A DNA stretch of 64,000 bases from Microcoleus sp. GTDB taxonomy: Bacteria > Cyanobacteriota > Cyanobacteriia > Cyanobacteriales > Microcoleaceae. The stretch is taken from NCBI GenBank assembly GCA_042408215.1, contig JAYFMW010000003.1, positions 288,001 through 352,000 of the forward strand, in the 5' to 3' direction. Positions 58,460-64,000 of this stretch are shown here, one piece after another. Under the pieces are notes generated by a model, which saw only the letters and a list, made by a program, of their open reading frames with translations, was not told where the DNA came from and searched no databases. Each line of letters starts with the position of its first letter. Position 1 is the stretch's first letter. The position numbers were made by a program, and so were the translations under genes.

Positions 58460-61041
58460 ATGATTGAAGTAGAACACTTAACCAAAACTTACGGTTCCAC
58501 CGCAGCGATCGCGGATGTGTCTTTCTCGGTCGCATCAGGAGAAATTCTCGGGTTTTTGGGGCCCAACGGTGCCGGCAAAACCACCACCATGCGGATTTTG
58601 TCGGGATACTTACCAGCATCCAGCGGCACCGCCCGCATTGCCGGCCTCGATGTTCACGAACACTCGATGGCTGTCAGACAACGCATCGGCTATCTACCGG
58701 AAAACCCGCCGCTGTATCCTGAAATGACCGTTGAAGGATTTCTGTTTTTTGTCGCCCGGATTAAGCAAGTATCGGCGGGCGATCGCGCGTTCCGAGTCAC
58801 CTCGGCCATCGAACGCTGTGGCTTGGTCGAAAAACGCAAAGTTTTAATCCGCAAACTTTCCAAGGGCTTTAAGCAGCGAGTAGGCATCGCTCAGGCGATC
58901 GTCCATGACCCCCCGGTGATTATCCTCGATGAACCAACCGTCGGTCTTGACCCCCGCCAAATCATCGAAGTCCGCAATTTAATCAAAAGCCTTGGGGGAC
59001 AGCACACAATCATCCTTTCCACTCACATTTTGCCGGAAGTCAGCATGACTTGTAACCGCGTCACCATCATCAATCGCGGTCAAATCGTCGCCGCCGGTAG
59101 TCCCGAACATTTGATGGGAGAGTTGGCCGCAGGTTCGGGATATGAATTGGAAGTTGAAGGCGAGGCGGAGTTAGTACAAACTTTGCTGTTCCCGTCTTTG
59201 GAAAATTTACCTCGGAGTTCGATCGATCGAATTGATTCAAAACCAGGAATTTTTGGCTGGTCATTATCGGTTGCGCGCACTCTGCGAACCCGACATAGAA
59301 CCGGGCCGAGAAATTGCCGCGGCCATACTCGCGGCTGGGTTTGGACTCTGCGAAATGCGCCGGACTCGCGCCAGCATGGAAGATGTGTTTTTGAAGTTGA
59401 CAACCGCAGATAAGAAGCAGGGAGAGGTTTTAGTTGAAACCGAACCGGAGGTTGCTCAAAATCTGCAAGTTGCGGAAGATTTGCTTATTGCAGAAAGACA
59501 AGAGTCCATCGATAGTTTTCCAGCAGAATCAGAACCCATTGTCGAAGATTTGCAAGTTGCAGAAATCCCAGATGCGCTCGAACTTTCTGAACCAGAATCA
59601 GAACCGATTGCAGAAAGACAAGAGTCCCTTTACGATTCTAAACTAACACCAGAACCGATTGCGGAAATCCCAGATGCGCTCGAACTTTCTGAACTAGAAT
59701 CTGAACCGGTTGTAGAAACAGAAGATGCGCTCGAACTTTCTCAACCCGAATCTGAACCGGTTGCGGAAATCCCAGATGCGCTCGAACATTCTCAACCCGA
59801 ATCTGAACCGGTTGCGGAAACAAAAGATGCGCTCGAACATTCTCAACCCGAATCTGAACCGGTTGCGGAAACAAAAGATGCGCTCGAACTTTCTCAACCC
59901 GAATCAGAACCGGTTGCGGAAACAAAAGATGCGCTCGAACTTTCTGAACTAGAACCGGTTGCGGAAATCCCAGATGCGATCGAACTTTCTGAACTAGAAC
60001 CGGTTGCGGAAACAAAAGATGCGCTCGAACTTTCTCAACCCGAATAGAACCGGTTGCGGAAATCCCAGATGCGATCGAACTTTCTGAACCAGAATCAGAA
60101 CCGGTTGCGGAAACAAAAGATGCGCTCGAACTTTCTGAACTAGAACTAGAACCGGTTGCGGAAACAAAAGATGCGCTCGAACTTTCTGAACTAGAACCGG
60201 TTGCGGAAACAAAAGATGCGCTCGAACTTTCTGAACCAGAACTAGAACCGGTTGCGGAAATCCCAGATGCGCTCGAACTTTCTGAACCAGAACCTGTTGC
60301 GGAAACAGAAGATGCGATCGAACATTCTCAACCCGAATCAGAACCAGTTGCGGAAATCCCAGATGCGATCGAACATTCTCCACCCGAACTAGAACCGGTT
60401 GTAGAAACAGAAGATGCGCTCGAACTTTCTGAACCAGAACTAGAACCGGTTGCGGAAATCCCAGATGCGATCGAACATTCTCCACCCGAACTAGAACCGG
60501 TTGTAGAAACAGAAGATGCGCTCGAACTTTCTGAACCAGAACCTGTTGCGGAAACAGAAGATGCGATCGAACATTCTGAACTAGAACCGGTTGCGGAAAT
60601 CCCAGATGCGATCGAACTTTCTGAACCCTAGAACCGGTTGCGGAAACAGAAGATGCGATCGAACATTCTGAACTAGAACCGGTTGCGGAAATCCCAGATG
60701 CGATCGAACTTTCTGAACCCGAATCAGAACCGGTTGCGGAAACAAAAGATGCGCTCGAACATTCTCAACTAGAACCGGTTGCGGAAATCCCAGATGCGCT
60801 CGAACTTTCTCAACTAGAACCGGTTGCGGAAACAAAAGATGCGCTCGAACTTTCTCAACTAGAACCGGTTGCGGAAACAAAAGATGCGCTCGAACTTTCT
60901 CAACTAGAACCGGTTGCGGAAACAAAAGATGCGCTCGAACTTTCTCAACCAAAAACAGTTGTCGAAAATCTGCCACCTAAAAAAAAGCAACAAACTAGCA
61001 GCGACAACGAACCCACCCCTCTCGCCGACAATCCAGAGTAA
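58460..61041 (+). CDS. ABC transporter ATP-binding protein (GldA-like) with long acidic repeat tail; frameshifts near 59211, 60045 and 60628
   Basis: GPNGAGKTT, LSKGFKQR and LDEPT motifs; continues in a shifted frame (SMEDVFLKLT) into EPVAETKDALELS repeats. Confidence 0.8.
59560..60950 (+). repeat. About 1.4 kb coding minisatellite with 48-60 nt units
   Basis: gaaccggttgcggaaacaaaagatgcgctcgaactttct repeated more than 20 times. Confidence 0.95.
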
Positions 61042-61093
61042 ACCATCCCCCATCCCCCATCCCCCATCCCCCATCCCCCATTCCCCATTCCCA

Positions 61094-61894
61094 ATGTTAA
61101 TAATGATCAGTAATATTGTCGCAATTTACCGCAAAGAACTGCAAAGCTATTTTGCTTCGCCATTAGCCTATGCGATCGCAGCAGTCTTTTGGCTCATCAC
61201 CGGCTACTTTTTAATCGCCATTCTCCTCGCCCCCGACGGATTAATTCCCCAAATCGCCCAGCGAGATCAAATGGGAATTACCGAACCACCCATCGACGTT
61301 CCCTACGAATTTCTGCAACTCTTCCTGCGAATTATGGGCTCCCTTTCATTATTCGTATTACCCGCACTCTCAATGGGACTTTACGCAGAAGAACGCAAGC
61401 GCGGAACCCTAGAACTATTAGCCACATCACCCTTAACTAACTGGGCAGTTGCTACCGGAAAACTCCTCGGGGTTTTAACATTTTACACCACAATGTTACT
61501 GCCCCTACTCTTCTGCGAGGCGATCGCCTTGAGTTCCTCAAACCCTCCCGTAACCTCCGCCGTTCTTCTACTAGGACACGGCGGCTTAATCTTGCTAGCA
61601 GCCGGAGTATTGTCCCTAGGAATGTTTATTTCCTCCCTCACAGACAGCACAATTTTATCAGCCATCCTTACCTTCGCTCTAGTATTATTTCTATGGGTGA
61701 TTGATGCAGCCGCAGTCGGTATCGGTGGGCCCTTCGGAGCAGCATTAGGACAACTTTCTTTGCTAACACATTACACCAATCTTGTCAAGGGAGTTTTCGA
61801 CACCAGCAGTTTAATTATGTTTGCCAGTTACATTATTTTAGGAGTATTTCTCACAGCCCAATCCATCGACACCTTGCGCTATCAACGTTCTTAA
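61094..61894 (+). CDS. ABC-2 type permease (GldF-like)
   Basis: IYRKELQSYFASPLAY and SMGLYAEERKRGTLELLATSP motifs. Confidence 0.9.
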   Translation: MLIMISNIVAIYRKELQSYFASPLAYAIAAVFWLITGYFLIAILLAPDGLIPQIAQRDQMGITEPPIDVPYEFLQLFLRIMGSLSLFVLPALSMGLYAEERKRGTLELLATSPLTNWAVATGKLLGVLTFYTTMLLPLLFCEAIALSSSNPPVTSAVLLLGHGGLILLAAGVLSLGMFISSLTDSTILSAILTFALVLFLWVIDAAAVGIGGPFGAALGQLSLLTHYTNLVKGVFDTSSLIMFASYIILGVFLTAQSIDTLRYQRS

Positions 61895-61982
61895 AAAAAC
61901 ATCAGGGACCAGGATCGTTGGTAGCCAACAACAAATAACAAATAACCCATAACTAATCACCAATAACCAAGTACATCAAACA

Positions 61983-62900
61983 ATGAAATTCATCAATCCC
62001 AAAATCGACTTAGCGTTCAAAAAGATCTTCGCTTCCAGCGACAGCAAAGACATTCTGATTAATTTTTTAAACGCCATTCTCTATGAAGCACAGCCCGTCA
62101 TCGAAGACTTAGAAATAATCCACCCCCAAACAGAAAACCCAACTGGCGGAGTCCAAGACACCTACCTAGAGATCAAAGCTAAAATTAACTGCGATCAAAT
62201 AGCTTTGATCGAACTTCAAATGATCAACGTGTCCTCCTTCGGAAAAAGACTTTTGTACAATGCTGAAAAAACCTATAGCCTCGAATTCACACCAGAAGAA
62301 CGCTACGAAAAACTCAAACAAGTAATCTCTTTAAAAATTGCCGACTTTGAAATGTTTCCTAATCAGAAACAATTCATTTCGCGGTTTGTTTTTAAGGAAA
62401 AAGAGCAACAGCTTGATTATCCAGATACTGAAATAGAATTAGTATTTGTCGAAATGCCAAAATTTAGCAAACAATTAGCAGAATTAGAAACAACCGCCGA
62501 CCAATGGATTTACTTTCTCAAAAATACTAGCACTTTGGAGACAATCCCCGAAAAATTGAGCGCAGTTCCCGAAATTCAGAAAGCCTTTCAACTGGCTAGC
62601 GACTCCAACTTCACTCAGCAAGAATTAAAGGAATTACAGCATCACGAATTGTGGGTTCACGACCAGCAGAGTGCCATAGATATGGCCAGAGAGGATGCGA
62701 CAAAAACAGCTCAATTATCGTTAATAATGCGTCAAATGGTGCGACGTTTAGGTACAATAGAGCCGGAAATAGAAAACCGCATCCGTCAATTATCCGTACA
62801 GCAATTAGAAAAGCTAGGAGACACCGTGCTAGATTTCAAAAATCTGTCAGATATCACAGCATGGTTGCAGATAAATCTGGTAGAAAATAACCTTCTCTAA
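61983..62900 (+). CDS. Rpn / PD-(D/E)XK nuclease family protein with DUF4351-like tail
   Basis: NPKIDLAFKKIF, LINFLNAIL, IELQ, FVEMPKF; tail RQM.RRLG..IRQLSVQQLE.LG..VLDF. Confidence 0.85.
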   Translation: MKFINPKIDLAFKKIFASSDSKDILINFLNAILYEAQPVIEDLEIIHPQTENPTGGVQDTYLEIKAKINCDQIALIELQMINVSSFGKRLLYNAEKTYSLEFTPEERYEKLKQVISLKIADFEMFPNQKQFISRFVFKEKEQQLDYPDTEIELVFVEMPKFSKQLAELETTADQWIYFLKNTSTLETIPEKLSAVPEIQKAFQLASDSNFTQQELKELQHHELWVHDQQSAIDMAREDATKTAQLSLIMRQMVRRLGTIEPEIENRIRQLSVQQLEKLGDTVLDFKNLSDITAWLQINLVENNLL

Positions 62901-62929
62901 CCTCAAAATAGTCACCCAATATTTACCTT

Positions 62930-64000
62930 ATGAAAATTAGCCAAACCAATTGGAAATACATTTTTTGGCTGGGCCCTCTCCTCATCGCCGCGGGGGTGAC
63001 AGCAAGACTTGTATCCGCAGCATGGGAACCTCTGACAATCGGTCTAGTTATTGCTGGAATAGTGACGATCGCACTTTGGGTATTGTACATCTCCTACGAA
63101 CAAAGTTTTTGGGGGCGACGTTCCACCCAAGCCAGCACAAACGCCCTGATTTCCACCCTAGCCATCTTAGTGATTCTCGGAGTAATTAACTTCCTAGCCT
63201 TTCGCTATCCAACCCGCATCGACTTAACCGAAAGCAAAAAATTTACCCTCGCCCCCCAGACTCAGCAAATATTGCGAAACCTGCAACAGCCAGTCAAAGT
63301 TTGGGTATTTGACCCCACCCAAAACCCCGAAATTAAAGAATTGCTGGAAAGCTACAAACGTGAGGGAGGCGAAAAGTTCAAATTTGAATTTGTTGACCCG
63401 CTAGCCCAACCGGGAAAAGCCAGGGAATTTAGCATTACTAGCATCGGAGAAATTTACCTACAATCAGGTGACAAAAAACAAGTGCTTCAAAAAGGCGGCA
63501 CTGCTTTTGGTAGTGACCCAAATCAAGGGCTTTCGGAAATAAAACTTACCAATGGCTTAGAAGAAATTCTCAGTACGCGCAATCCCACTGTTTACTTTCT
63601 CCAAGGAAAAGGAGAACGCCCACTACAGGAAGGTCAAGGCGGAATTCAGCAAGCTGAAAAATTCCTAAAGGACAAATATTATACCACACAAACGCTGAAT
63701 TTTGCAGAAAGCAAAGAAGTGCCCGAAAATGCAGATGCTTTAATTATTGCTGGGCCGGAAAAACCCTTTTCAGATGCAGAAATTAAAGCAATTAAAGCTT
63801 ATCTCGATCGCGGCGGCAGTTTATTCTTGATGGTAGACCCAGCAGTTAACCTGGGATTGGATAAACTACTACAAGAATGGGGCGTAAAATTAGATACCCG
63901 TTTGGCCATCGATGCTTCGGGTACTGGTCAAAGATTCGGCCTGGGCCCCACAGTTCCTACTGTCAGACTTTACGGCCAACATCCGATTACTCAAAGTTTT
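62930..64000 (+). CDS. GldG-family ABC auxiliary protein (runs off the window end)
   Basis: Translated by hand: MKISQTNWKYIFWLGP..RRSTQASTNALIS..RIDLTESKKFTLAPQT..FVDP..VYFLQGKGE. Confidence 0.85.
   Translation, partial: MKISQTNWKYIFWLGPLLIAAGVTARLVSAAWEPLTIGLVIAGIVTIALWVLYISYEQSFWGRRSTQASTNALISTLAILVILGVINFLAFRYPTRIDLTESKKFTLAPQTQQILRNLQQPVKVWVFDPTQNPEIKELLESYKREGGEKFKFEFVDPLAQPGKAREFSITSIGEIYLQSGDKKQVLQKGGTAFGSDPNQGLSEIKLTNGLEEILSTRNPTVYFLQGKGERPLQEGQGGIQQAEKFLKDKYYTTQTLNFAESKEVPENADALIIAGPEKPFSDAEIKAIKAYLDRGGSLFLMVDPAVNLGLDKLLQEWGVKLDTRLAIDASGTGQRFGLGPTVPTVRLYGQHPITQSF

Noticed and set aside
59434..60976. Several antisense and alternative-frame ORFs
   Set aside because: They are shadows of the coding minisatellite.

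Overview
A 64 kb chromosomal window from a filamentous cyanobacterium, probably Microcoleus/Tychonema-like Oscillatoriales. This is inferred from frequent HIP1 octamers (GCGATCGC), heptamer STRR tracts and many short palindromic MITE/REP families. Housekeeping genes include desA, thrC, purU, clpB, polA, cysH, ilvA, a threonine aldolase, pirin and a GldAFG-like ABC transporter. Accessory blocks are: (1) a restriction-nuclease-like domain fused to ParA, paired with an atypical ParB-HhH; (2) a TPR-CHAT protease and an HTH-DUF4384 gene divergent from a DUF4407 membrane protein and two coiled-coil genes; (3) a tandemly duplicated TerY-type vWA / relE-relic / antitoxin unit ahead of a YegI-like kinase, whose C-terminal FGE (CLec) domain looks like a diversity-generating-retroelement variable repeat; (4) a toxin-antitoxin-rich region holding two cassette-like genes with a shared leader, shared N-terminus and swapped C-terminal domains; (5) an FHA plus TPR-CHAT pair. 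Intergenic palindromic elements have inserted into genes in frame (polA, parB) and out of frame (DUF29, second CHAT, relE). Several single-base frameshifts may be assembly errors. I saw no rRNA, tRNA, CRISPR array, transposase or reverse transcriptase. All family assignments are from motif recognition, not database searches.
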